DNA of 57,738 nucleotides from Hyphomicrobium sp. (GTDB taxonomy: Bacteria > Pseudomonadota > Alphaproteobacteria > Rhizobiales > Hyphomicrobiaceae): NCBI GenBank assembly GCA_031419515.1, contig JANOKZ010000090.1:1-57738 (forward strand). The letters run 5' to 3'. Positions 1-8,875 of the stretch are shown here, one piece after another. A model generated the notes under the pieces. That model saw nothing but the letters and a program-made list of their open reading frames with translations, had not been told where the DNA came from and did no database searches. Positions within the stretch are counted from its first letter, which is position 1. Each line of letters starts with the position of its first letter. The translations under genes and the position numbers were made by a program.

Positions 1-799
1 GCGCAGCCGTCTCGCCCAACGTATGGCACTGCGAGCAGCCGGCTTTTCCGCCGTAAAGCCCAAAACCGGTTTTGGCATCAAGTGATACGGCATCGTCGTT
101 GTGTGCGAAACGCCACCGGTCGAAGGGGCTATCGGCAGCCAGCAGCGAGCGCTCGTAGGCGGCCAGCGCTTGGCCGAGTGTTTCGATAGTGGGAGCGGAA
201 CGGAACACGGTTTCGAAGGCTTCGCGATATTCGGGAATCGCGGCAAGCCGATTCGTTAACTCGTCGAACGTTGTGTTCGCCATTTCGGCTTCATTGAATA
301 GCGGCGCGAGTATTTGCACTTCGAGCGTCGGCTCACCGCCGTCGTGGTGCAGCGGCGACGCAAAGGCGACATTGAGCAACGAGGGAATATCGCGGCGCAG
401 GCGATTATCTGTAACGCCGGGCCGCACCGGCGGCTTTGGATTCGTGAAGGCCTGCTTTGGATCGTGGCACGACGCGCACGAAATGGTGCCGTCTTTGGAT
501 AAGCGGGGATCGGAGAACAAATTGGCCCCAAGCGCAATCTTTTGAGCCAGTTCAGAATCTCCTCCCCCTTGCGGGGAGGGGTTGGGGGTGGGGGTAACGC
601 AGCACGCGGGCTTTTGATGATTGATGGCCGCCGGACGCAAAGTGGGGCTAGGCAAGAGCGGTTCGAATTTGCCCGGGTCGATTCCGCTCGTCCCTTCACC
701 CCACCCCCAACCCCTCCCCGTCGAGGGGAGGGGGGTCGCACCGCGCGCGCCTGCAAAGGCAATGCACACAAATGAAGCGAGAATGAAAAATAGGCGCAT
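1..799 (-). CDS. Di-haem cytochrome c peroxidase / MauG family protein (3' end outside window; absent from ORF track)
   Basis: Manual translation from ATG 799: signal peptide MRLFFILASFVCIAFAGARG, then KIALGANLFSDPRLSKDGTISCASCHDP, PSLLNVAF..HHDG, ALAAYERSL..DSPFDRW and a second haem motif GKAGCSQCH; open to base 1. Confidence 0.9.
   Translation of the reverse strand, partial: MRLFFILASFVCIAFAGARGATPLPSTGRGWGWGEGTSGIDPGKFEPLLPSPTLRPAAINHQKPACCVTPTPNPSPQGGGDSELAQKIALGANLFSDPRLSKDGTISCASCHDPKQAFTNPKPPVRPGVTDNRLRRDIPSLLNVAFASPLHHDGGEPTLEVQILAPLFNEAEMANTTFDELTNRLAAIPEYREAFETVFRSAPTIETLGQALAAYERSLLAADSPFDRWRFAHNDDAVSLDAKTGFGLYGGKAGCSQCHTLGETAA
561..734. repeat. GC-rich palindromic (REP/MITE-like) element inside the peroxidase CDS
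   Basis: Perfect 21-bp inverted repeat GGGGAGGGGTTGGGGGTGGGG (573-593) / CCCCACCCCCAACCCCTCCCC (699-719), each arm also forming a small terminal hairpin. Confidence 0.85.
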
Positions 800-812
800 G
801 TCTCGTCTCGCC

Positions 813-1805
813 TCACGTTTCGAGCTGTTTACCCATCCGCCCGGCGAGGTCCTGAATAAACTGCCAGGCGACGCGTCCCGAACGCGCGCCGCGCGTCATC
901 GACCATTCGAGTGCGTCGCGCTCAAGTTCGGCGCCGTTCACCTTGAGGCCGAAGTGATTGACGTACGCGCGCACCATGGCGAGGTAATCGTCCTGGCTGG
1001 CGTTGTGAAAGCCGAGCCAAAGTCCAAAGCGGTCCGAGAGCGAAACTTTTTCTTCGACGGCTTCCGCCGGGTTGATCGCGGTGGAGCGTTCGTTCTCCAT
1101 CATCTCGCGCGGCATCAGGTGGCGCCGGTTTGAAGTTGCATAGAAGAGTACGTTTTCGGGCCGCCCCTCAATGCCGCCTTCGAGTACGGCCTTTAACGAT
1201 TTGTAGCTCGTGTCGTCCTTGTCGAACGAGAGATCGTCGCAGAAAACGATGAAGCGGTGCGGGCTGGCTTTGAGATGCGCGAGGCATTGGGGGAGGGAGG
1301 AAATGTCCTCGCGGTGGATCTCGACGAGGATGAGTTGGCACCCCCCTCTCCCCATGTGCCCCACTTGCATGGGGAGAGGGCTAGGGTGAGGGGCAGCTGC
1401 TTGCACCGTTGTCTGTTGCTGCCCCTCACCCCAACCCTCTCCCCGTTCGCCCTGATGTGGTCGACGGGGAGAGGGGGATGCAGCCACTTCCGCGTGTGCC
1501 GCCTTGACGAGGCTCGATTTGCCCATGCCGCGCGCGCCCCAGAGCAGCGCGTTGTTGGCGGGGAGGCCCGCAGCGAACCGGCGGGTGTTTTCAAGCAGCG
1601 TCGCGGCCGTCCGGTCGATGCCTTTGAGGAGGCCGAGGGGCACACGGTTGACCTTGAGGACGGGGACGAATCGCCCACCGTCGGCCATCCAGACGAAGGC
1701 CTGGGCGGACTCAAAATCAGGCTTGGCCACAGCGGCCGGGCTGAGGCGTTCTAGCGCCGCGGCAATGCGCTCAAGTAAAGAGGCGTCGTCTTCTATGGCG
1801 GTCAT
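813..1805 (-). CDS. AAA+ ATPase, DUF815 family
   Basis: Walker A GARGMGKSS, FCDDLSF, LKAVLEGG, YATSNRRHL, SLSDRFGLWLGF, RSGRVAWQF; ATG 1805 preferred over ORF start 1910. Confidence 0.9.
   Translation of the reverse strand: MTAIEDDASLLERIAAALERLSPAAVAKPDFESAQAFVWMADGGRFVPVLKVNRVPLGLLKGIDRTAATLLENTRRFAAGLPANNALLWGARGMGKSSLVKAAHAEVAASPSPRRPHQGERGEGWGEGQQQTTVQAAAPHPSPLPMQVGHMGRGGCQLILVEIHREDISSLPQCLAHLKASPHRFIVFCDDLSFDKDDTSYKSLKAVLEGGIEGRPENVLFYATSNRRHLMPREMMENERSTAINPAEAVEEKVSLSDRFGLWLGFHNASQDDYLAMVRAYVNHFGLKVNGAELERDALEWSMTRGARSGRVAWQFIQDLAGRMGKQLET
1341..1477. repeat. GC-rich palindromic (REP/MITE-like) element inside the ATPase CDS
   Basis: Central inverted repeat 1371-1397 / 1418-1444 (25/27 match) flanked by hairpins CCCTCTCCCCATG..CATGGGGAGAGGG and CCCTCTCCCCGT..ACGGGGAGAGGG. 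Confidence 0.85.
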
Positions 1806-2034
1806 GAAGGTTTCCAAAGGGGGCTCTAAAGGCTTGTCTAATCGGGTCGCAGGCCGATGCCAACGGCCGATTGCCGCTGGATCGGCGGGCGAGGCCCTCT
1901 TATGTTGCAATCGGGGTGCCGGACACTATAGTCGCGCCGAATTCGGCTGTTGCCCCCCGGACCACTGGTTCCGGGTGAGCGCTGCTGTTTGGCATTCGCA
2001 ACTTTGGCATACCCTTTCAAGGACCTGACAACCC

Positions 2035-2361
2035 ATGTTCATCACCCCGGCTTTGGCCCAAACGGGCAACCCGGCTGCCGACATGAGCTTCCCGCTCATG
2101 ATGCTCCTGCTGCTTGGCATTTTCTACTTTCTCGTGCTGCGCCCGCAATCGAAGCGCGCCGAAGAGCAACGCGCGAGGCTGAACGCAGTGCGCCGGGGAG
2201 ACACGGTCGTAACGTCCGGCGGCATGGTCGGGCGCGTGACGAAAGTAACGGACACAAGCGACGAGATCGAAGTCGAACTCGCGGATAATCTCAAAGTGCG
2301 CGTCATCAAGAGCACATTGCTTGATGTGCGCGTCAAAGGCGAGCCGGTCAAAGACGCCTGA
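2035..2361 (+). CDS. yajC: Preprotein translocase subunit YajC
   Basis: FYFLVLRPQ, RRGDTVVTSGGMVGRV; directly upstream of secD. Confidence 0.96.
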   Translation: MFITPALAQTGNPAADMSFPLMMLLLLGIFYFLVLRPQSKRAEEQRARLNAVRRGDTVVTSGGMVGRVTKVTDTSDEIEVELADNLKVRVIKSTLLDVRVKGEPVKDA

Positions 2362-2445
2362 GGAACATACGGTTTCGGGCACACGAGCCCTGCTGCCGCA
2401 TCTCAAGAATTCCACGAACTCCGTTAGCCGAGAAGAAAACAAGAT

Positions 2446-4065
2446 ATGCTATATTTTTCGCGCTGGAAGATCATCGCCATCGTTGCGACCGTGCTTGCAG
2501 GCCTGATTTTTTCGCTTCCCAATTTTGTGTCCAAGGAAACGCTGGCTTCATGGCCGTCGTTCCTGCCGAAACAGCAACTGCCGCTCGGTCTCGATCTCAG
2601 AGGCGGCGCGCATCTTCTGCTGGCTATGGACCCGGAGGAGATTAAGAAAGACTGGCTGTCGAATTTGCGCGACGCGGCGCGGAAATCCTTGCGTGACGCC
2701 AAAGTCGGTTACTCTGGTCTTGGCGTGCAGGGCTCCGCTCTGCAGATCAAGCTTTCGAAGCCCGAGGATAAGGACACGGCGCTCAAGGAGCTGCGCAAAC
2801 TCGTCCAGCCGATCGGCAACGCCATTCTCGGGACCGGCTCTAACGACATTGACGTGACTGAAGGCACGGAAGCCGGGACGATCCTGATCAAGCCGACGGA
2901 CCAGGGTATTCGCGAACGAATTTCGCAGGCGTCTGCATCTTCGATTGAGACGATCAACCGCCGCGTCAATAATCTCGGCACGTCGGAATCGACCATCGTG
3001 CGCCAGGGATCGAATCGCATTCTGATCCAGTTCCCAGGCTTGCAGGATACCAAGGAACTGAAGCGCCTAATTGGCGAAACGGCGAAACTGACGTTTCATG
3101 AAGTTCACCCATCGGCGTCCGCTGAAGATGCGAAGCTGACTTCCGCTCCCGCCGGTTTCAAAGTGTTTCCAGGTGACGCGTCTGAAGGCGGCGATTTTCT
3201 GCTGCGCGATAGTCCTGTCGTGCAGGGTGAAGATCTTGCTGACGCGCAAGCTGGCTTCGACCAGCAAAATGGCCAGCCGGTCATCAACTTCCGCTTCAAC
3301 CAATCGGGCGCGCGCAAGTTCGGCGCGTTCACGAAGGAAAACGTCGGCCGCCCGTTCGCCATCGTACTCGACGGCAAGGTGCTCTCCGCTCCGGTTATCC
3401 GGGAAGCTATCCTCAGCGGCTCGGGCCAGATTTCGGGGAGTTATACGGTTGAGAGTGCCAGCACGCTGGCAGTGCAGCTGAAGTCCGGCGCGCTGCCAAC
3501 GAAGCTGACGATTGTTGAAGAACGAACGGTTGGTCCTTCGCTCGGCGCCGACAGTATCGATTCAGGACGCCGCGCCGGCATGATCGGTCTCGCGGCAACC
3601 GCTATCCTGACGACACTCGCGTATGGCACGTTCGGTATCTACGCTGTGATCGGTCTGCTTGTTCACGGTCTCCTCATTCTGGCATTGATGACGGCCATCG
3701 GCACGACGCTGACGCTGCCGGGTATAGCTGGCTTCGTGTTGACCATCGGCATGGCGGTTGACGCCAACGTTTTGATCTACGAGCGCATCCGCGAAGAGCT
3801 GCGCGCCGGCAAGGGCACGATAGCGGCGATAGATGCCGGCTTCACGCGCGCGTTCGTGACGATTGCCGACAGTCAGCTCACGACACTTGCTGCAGCGGTC
3901 ATCATGTTCTGGCTCGGGTCCGGTCCCATTCGCGGCTTTGCCGTGACCTTGTCGCTCGGCATTCTGACCTCGATCTTTGCGGCTGTGACAATAACCCGGC
4001 TGCTCGTGTCGCTCTGGCTCAAGAATGCCAAGGGCAATTCGAAAAACCTTGAAGTCCCCATCTAA
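2446..4065 (+). CDS. secD: Protein translocase subunit SecD
   Basis: LGLDLRGGAHLLL, FAIVLDGKVLSAPVI, ERTVGPSLG, TLTLPGIAG..GMAVDANVLIYERIREE. Confidence 0.97.
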   Translation: MLYFSRWKIIAIVATVLAGLIFSLPNFVSKETLASWPSFLPKQQLPLGLDLRGGAHLLLAMDPEEIKKDWLSNLRDAARKSLRDAKVGYSGLGVQGSALQIKLSKPEDKDTALKELRKLVQPIGNAILGTGSNDIDVTEGTEAGTILIKPTDQGIRERISQASASSIETINRRVNNLGTSESTIVRQGSNRILIQFPGLQDTKELKRLIGETAKLTFHEVHPSASAEDAKLTSAPAGFKVFPGDASEGGDFLLRDSPVVQGEDLADAQAGFDQQNGQPVINFRFNQSGARKFGAFTKENVGRPFAIVLDGKVLSAPVIREAILSGSGQISGSYTVESASTLAVQLKSGALPTKLTIVEERTVGPSLGADSIDSGRRAGMIGLAATAILTTLAYGTFGIYAVIGLLVHGLLILALMTAIGTTLTLPGIAGFVLTIGMAVDANVLIYERIREELRAGKGTIAAIDAGFTRAFVTIADSQLTTLAAAVIMFWLGSGPIRGFAVTLSLGILTSIFAAVTITRLLVSLWLKNAKGNSKNLEVPI

Positions 4066-4082
4066 GGCAGGCTGAAATCACC

Positions 4083-5039
4083 ATGTTTATTGTTCCCGAC
4101 TTCAAAGGCTTCGACTTTTTCCCGCACGGCACGCGCATAGACTTCATGCGCTTCAAGGGCGTTTGCTTTGCCTTGTCGCTCATCGCGATGGCGCTGTCGC
4201 TCGGTCTCTTCTTCTTCAAGGGCCTGAACTACGGAGTCGATTTCAAGGGTGGCTCTCTGATCGAAGTGCAATCGAAATCGGGCCCGGCCGATCTTGGTGC
4301 GATCCGTGAGAAACTTGGCGGACTTGGCCTCGGCGATGTGCAGATCCAAAGCTTTGGTGCGCCGGAAGACGTGCTAATCCGCGTCGAGGAACAGCCGGGC
4401 GGAGACGCGGCGCAACAAGTTGGCTTGAAGAAGGTGACGGATGCGCTTGGCGACGGTTACACGCAGCGGCGCGTCGAAGTCGTCGGCCCTGCCGTTTCGA
4501 GCGAATTGCGCCGAACCGGCATTATCGCGGTTATCGCCGCGATCATGGCCATTATCACGTACGTTTGGTTCCGGTTCGAATGGCAATTCGCCGTCGGCAC
4601 CGTCGTCGCGCTGGCGCACGACGTGCTCGTGACGGTTGGAATCTTCTCGCTCTTCAATATGGAGTTCGATCTCTCGATTGTTGCGGCCTTGCTGACCATT
4701 CTTGGCTATTCGGTCAACGATACGGTTGTCGTGTCGGACCGCATCCGGGAGAACTTGCGCAAGTTCAAGAAGATGGAAATCAATGATCTTCTTAATCTGT
4801 CGATCAACGAAACGCTGTCGCGGACGATCCTGACAGGCGTGACGACAATTGCGGTTTTGATTGCACTCTACATTTTTGGCGGCGAAGTCATCCGCAACTT
4901 CACGTTCGCCATGCTGTTTGGCGTCGTCATCGGCACCTATTCGTCGATCTTCATCGCAGCGCCCATCCTCGATTATCTCGGCATAAAGCGCGAGACGGTT
5001 GTGGGCGTCGAGAAGGACGGCAAGACGGCGAAGGTCTGA
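4083..5039 (+). CDS. secF: Protein translocase subunit SecF
   Basis: GLNYGVDFKGG, EVVGP, LTILGYSVNDTVVVSDRIREN, GTYSSIFIA. Confidence 0.97.
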   Translation: MFIVPDFKGFDFFPHGTRIDFMRFKGVCFALSLIAMALSLGLFFFKGLNYGVDFKGGSLIEVQSKSGPADLGAIREKLGGLGLGDVQIQSFGAPEDVLIRVEEQPGGDAAQQVGLKKVTDALGDGYTQRRVEVVGPAVSSELRRTGIIAVIAAIMAIITYVWFRFEWQFAVGTVVALAHDVLVTVGIFSLFNMEFDLSIVAALLTILGYSVNDTVVVSDRIRENLRKFKKMEINDLLNLSINETLSRTILTGVTTIAVLIALYIFGGEVIRNFTFAMLFGVVIGTYSSIFIAAPILDYLGIKRETVVGVEKDGKTAKV

Positions 5040-5059
5040 GGCCCTTTTGGGATCACGAG

Positions 5060-5437
5060 ATGACCGCGCCCGCTGCCCGCTACCCATATGAAGCGCCGGT
5101 CACCGCCTACGGCAATGGCGGGTTCCGATTCGCGGACATGAGCCACAAGGGCTCGATCCTGTGTTTGCCAACCGGCGTTTACGCGTGGGAACCTCAGTCC
5201 GCCGCGGAGCTGAAGGCCAGCCATTTTGCGCGCGTGCTGCAGGATCTGAAGCGGCCATGCGTGTTGTTGATTGGATCGGGCCCCACTCAGGTTTATCCCC
5301 CGGTCGATGTCATTGCGGCCTTCATTGAGACGCGCATAAATCTCGAAGTGATGTCGACAGGCGCGGCCGTGCGCACCTACAACATCATGCTCGGCGAAAA
5401 GCGCATCGTCGCGGCCGCGTTGATCGCGGTCGCTTAG
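5060..5437 (+). CDS. Mth938-like (DUF498, NDUFAF3-like) protein
   Basis: YGNGGFRF..H.GSIL, LLIGSG, EVMSTGAAVRTYNIMLGEKR; usual position after secF. Confidence 0.9.
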   Translation: MTAPAARYPYEAPVTAYGNGGFRFADMSHKGSILCLPTGVYAWEPQSAAELKASHFARVLQDLKRPCVLLIGSGPTQVYPPVDVIAAFIETRINLEVMSTGAAVRTYNIMLGEKRIVAAALIAVA

Positions 5438-5496
5438 AGGTTGCAGAATTAAGCGGCCCAATTTTTGCGGAGACTTTTTGCGGAGGGCAGCTGCGT

Positions 5497-6306
5497 GTGA
5501 TGCCGTCAAGCGCTGAAACCGGGATACCGGACATCGTGCGCGCCGCCGCTAAGTCAGGCGAAGCGGACCGCTATTTGGCGTCGCTACTGTCCCCGCGCAG
5601 AGTGCGGGGCGATTTGATTGCGCTTGCCGCCTACGTGGCTGAAATCCGCCGCATCGGAGACGAGGTTCGCGAGGCGCCGCTTGCGGAAATAAAATTGCAG
5701 TGGTGGCGCGACGCACTCGCGCGATCTGAGGCGGGCGAGAAATCAGGCAATCCTGTCGCCGATCAATTCGCGCTTGTTGTCTCGTCGCACAATCTGCCGC
5801 GCGCGAAACTGGAAGACTGGTTCGACGCGCGGGTACACACGTTTTATGCCGATCCGCCAGCGAGCGACGCGGCCTTGGCGCTTGAACTCAAATTGTTGGA
5901 CGGCATTCCGTTTGCTTTTGCGGCACGCATTCTTGGCAACGCTGATGCAGACGAAAATGACGGCGTGATTAGTGAAGCTGGCACTGCCTATGGCTTCGCG
6001 CGCCTCGGTCTCGACTATCCGCGAGCGCTGGCGCGGGGGCGCATGCCGCTGCCCCTTTCTACGGAGCCATCCAACGCGAAGGCCTATATTTTGCGCGAAG
6101 CGCGTGTGTGTTTGGCGCGTGTCAAGCCCGCATTCGCGCATGCAACGCACGCGCAAAAGCTGGCACTTCTGCCGCTTGCCCTGGTAGAGCCCTATTTGCA
6201 GGCTTTGGAGAGGGTTGATCACGATTTGACGCACGATCTTGGCGACGTGATGCCCTTGTCGCGCGTTTGGCGCATTTGGCGCGCGCGTGCGTCGGGCCGC
6301 ATCTGA
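5497..6306 (+). CDS. Squalene/phytoene synthase-like protein (NDUFAF6-like)
   Basis: DRYLASLL, LIALAAYVAEI, LAEIKLQWWRDAL, GNPVAD; lacks clear DDxxD motifs. Confidence 0.85.
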   Translation: MMPSSAETGIPDIVRAAAKSGEADRYLASLLSPRRVRGDLIALAAYVAEIRRIGDEVREAPLAEIKLQWWRDALARSEAGEKSGNPVADQFALVVSSHNLPRAKLEDWFDARVHTFYADPPASDAALALELKLLDGIPFAFAARILGNADADENDGVISEAGTAYGFARLGLDYPRALARGRMPLPLSTEPSNAKAYILREARVCLARVKPAFAHATHAQKLALLPLALVEPYLQALERVDHDLTHDLGDVMPLSRVWRIWRARASGRI

Positions 6307-6343
6307 AGGTCAGATCAAAAGAGATGACGCGGGGCAGAAGACA

Positions 6344-8575
6344 ATGATTGCACGGGTGCTCTCGGTTCGGTTCACAGCGGTCTTCATCGCGTTCTGCGCG
6401 ATCGCCGCCGGTACAGGCGCGCTGTCGCCGGCGCATGCGGGGCCGGTGATCAAGTGGCGCGTCGAAAATCCCTTCAGGCTTTTCACCGATTCCGCCGATA
6501 GCGAAGTGCACCGGGCAACCTACCGCGCGCTGACACCAGAACAGAAGTATACGCCGATCCTCTCGTCCGAACAGGCTTTGCAGCTCCGCCATAACGAAGG
6601 CTGGGCCGCAACGATGGTTGGCAAGATGTGCTGGAACGGTAACGAAAACCGCTACCGCTGCGCCGAATACACCGATTACATAAACCCAGACGGCCACGGC
6701 GTCGTCGCCGAAATCGCCGGACTCGATGAAGCAGCCGAGCTCACATGCCGGTGGCTGACGGCGCCGAAGGGCGGCAAGGAAACGCGCGGCAAGGTTATCG
6801 AACAGCCGTGCAGTGAACCGATTGCATTTGAAGTTGCCTACTCCGCAGGAATGGGCGTCAAAGTCGAAATCGGCGGGCGGGAAGTTCTGCAAGCCGATAT
6901 CAAAGTGCGCGACGTGTTGATCGTGGCGCTTGGCGACAGTTTTGGGTCGGGCGAAGGCAACCCGGATGTTCCGGTGCGCTTCTCGCGCGATCGCACGGCC
7001 GACTATGGCAAGGTGGGCGGAAAAGACGATCTGACCGGGTATCCCGCGCGCGTTGGCGATTGGCGCCAGATTGGCGATCCGGTCTTCATCAAGGAAAATG
7101 CGCGCTGGCACGATCAGGCGTGCCACAGGTCGCTCTATTCGCATCAGATGCGGGCAGCACTGCAACTGGCCATCGAAGATCCGCATCGCTCGGTGACCTT
7201 TGTGGGGCTCGCGTGCTCGGGCGCGGAAGTGACGTTTGGACTTTTTCTCAGATACAAAGGCAACGAGTGGGTGCCCAATCCGCCGCTGCTCTCGCAAGTT
7301 TCTGCAGCAGCCGAAGCGCAATGCGGGAACAAGCAGACGGAGGCACACGATCTTCCCGAAGCCTACCACATCAACGGCAAGATCCCTGAGCTTAAGGGCG
7401 GGCTTGTGCTGCGCAAGTGCCCGAAGGACTTCGCGCGTAAAATCGATCTCGTGTTCGTTTCGATTGGCGGCAACGACGTCGGCTTTTCGCGCCTCGTTGC
7501 CAATGCCGTGCTCGCCGATCAATCCAATTTGAAAAAGCTCGGCGGCTGGATCGGCGAAGTACACGGCCAGGCGCAAGCGTCGAGCCAGCTTGCACGGCTG
7601 GATTCTCGCTATAAATCCTTGAACCGGGCCTTGCACAGTTTGCTCTATATTCCGTGGGAGGAGAGCGATCGCATTTTGCTCACCGGCTATCCGGGCATGG
7701 CGCTGACGGGCGACGGCAGCGAAACCTGCAAGGATGGCCGGGCTGGACTTGAGGTCGTGCCGGATTTTAGGCTCAGCGAACAGAAGCTGCGGGAGGGCGC
7801 GTGGATTGCCGACAAGCTGCACCGCTTGATGCGCGAGAGCGCTTACACGTATGGCTGGACGTTTGTTGAAACGCACCGCCGCGCGTTTATAGATCGCGGC
7901 ATTTGTTCCGGCATCGTGGGCGATGGTAAGAATCTCGCCGAAGAGCTGCGCATGCCGCGCAAGTTGGACGGCAATTGGTATCCCTATAATCCGGCAGACT
8001 TTAATGCCTACGTGCCGCGCAAGCGCTGGTTCCGCACGCCGAACGACGCGTTCATGACCGGGAATTTTCACGTCGCGGCGTCGGTCCTGCAAAAAGTGAT
8101 GAAGCTCGAAACGTTTCAGTGGTTTCAGCTGTTGCTGGCGTCCACGTATTCAGGCGCGTTCCATCCGACGGCCGAAGGGCACGCGGCCATCGCGGATTCG
8201 GTTGCCGAGAAGGCGCGCGTGGTTTTGCAGAAGTATGGGCAGGGGCCAGATCCCGAACCGCAGACGGAGGATTACACGCCGCCCGCACCGCCGGCTGATG
8301 AGCCGGGCGTTGCCGTTCCGGAGTTGCAGTCTCCAGGTTTGCAGGCTGTGCCGCCGGGTGGCAGCGTGCCGGGCGGCGATGGTGCGCCGGGTACAGAGGC
8401 GCCTGATACTGTGCGCTCGTTGATCGACGCGGCGCCGGCGGCAAATGGTTCAAACGTGGCGGCCGAGCCGATCCCTGACGTGCCTGCCACGTCTCAGGGT
8501 ACGGCGGCCGAGAGGCCTGGCCCGTCGATTGGGGAACCCGATCCGGGTGCGGCGGCGGCCGGCAATGCGCAATAG
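6344..8575 (+). CDS. Secreted SGNH/GDSL-family hydrolase with Pro-rich C-terminal tail
   Basis: Signal peptide, ALGDSFGSGEG, CHRS, LACSGA, SIGGNDVGF, FHPTAEGH. Confidence 0.8.
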   Translation: MIARVLSVRFTAVFIAFCAIAAGTGALSPAHAGPVIKWRVENPFRLFTDSADSEVHRATYRALTPEQKYTPILSSEQALQLRHNEGWAATMVGKMCWNGNENRYRCAEYTDYINPDGHGVVAEIAGLDEAAELTCRWLTAPKGGKETRGKVIEQPCSEPIAFEVAYSAGMGVKVEIGGREVLQADIKVRDVLIVALGDSFGSGEGNPDVPVRFSRDRTADYGKVGGKDDLTGYPARVGDWRQIGDPVFIKENARWHDQACHRSLYSHQMRAALQLAIEDPHRSVTFVGLACSGAEVTFGLFLRYKGNEWVPNPPLLSQVSAAAEAQCGNKQTEAHDLPEAYHINGKIPELKGGLVLRKCPKDFARKIDLVFVSIGGNDVGFSRLVANAVLADQSNLKKLGGWIGEVHGQAQASSQLARLDSRYKSLNRALHSLLYIPWEESDRILLTGYPGMALTGDGSETCKDGRAGLEVVPDFRLSEQKLREGAWIADKLHRLMRESAYTYGWTFVETHRRAFIDRGICSGIVGDGKNLAEELRMPRKLDGNWYPYNPADFNAYVPRKRWFRTPNDAFMTGNFHVAASVLQKVMKLETFQWFQLLLASTYSGAFHPTAEGHAAIADSVAEKARVVLQKYGQGPDPEPQTEDYTPPAPPADEPGVAVPELQSPGLQAVPPGGSVPGGDGAPGTEAPDTVRSLIDAAPAANGSNVAAEPIPDVPATSQGTAAERPGPSIGEPDPGAAAAGNAQ

Positions 8576-8646
8576 GCAGCCCGCGTAGCCCGTACGAGAA
8601 AAACGAAGAAATGTAGCTCGCGTAGCCCGCAATAGAAACGCGGACT

Positions 8647-8869
8647 GTAAGGTGCATAAGCAGCGCGCATTTTTCCGGCGCTTCGGTTGCCCAATCTTGC
8701 CGAAGTCGAGCCTCCGGCTCGAGGCAACCGCGCGCTCGGCGTCATGCACCGCGCTGGCACCAAGATCTTGTGCCGGCGCTTCGTATCGACGACGGCGCAT
8801 GACGCTTCGCACGCAGCCGGAGGCGGCTCACACTAACAGAGCGCAACACGCGAAGCTTATGCGCCCTAC
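8647..8869. repeat. Inverted REP-like doublet (REPIN-like) between convergent genes
   Basis: GTAAGGTGCATAAGC (8647-8661) and GCTTATGCGCCCTAC (8855-8869) are 13/15 reverse complements with a GTAG-type end. Confidence 0.55.
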
Positions 8870-8875
8870 GGCATC

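Noticed and set aside
256-816. 186-aa ORF and other short ORFs over 189-816
   Set aside because: Wrong frames; the real gene is the peroxidase frame from ATG 799 running off the window
5060-6306. Homologues of mitochondrial complex I assembly factors after secDF
   Set aside because: Well-known conserved alphaproteobacterial synteny; not novel, and not carotenoid synthesis
6122-8092. 656-aa antisense ORF
   Set aside because: Shadow of the SGNH hydrolase; no motifs, and long antisense frames are expected with GC-rich codon usage
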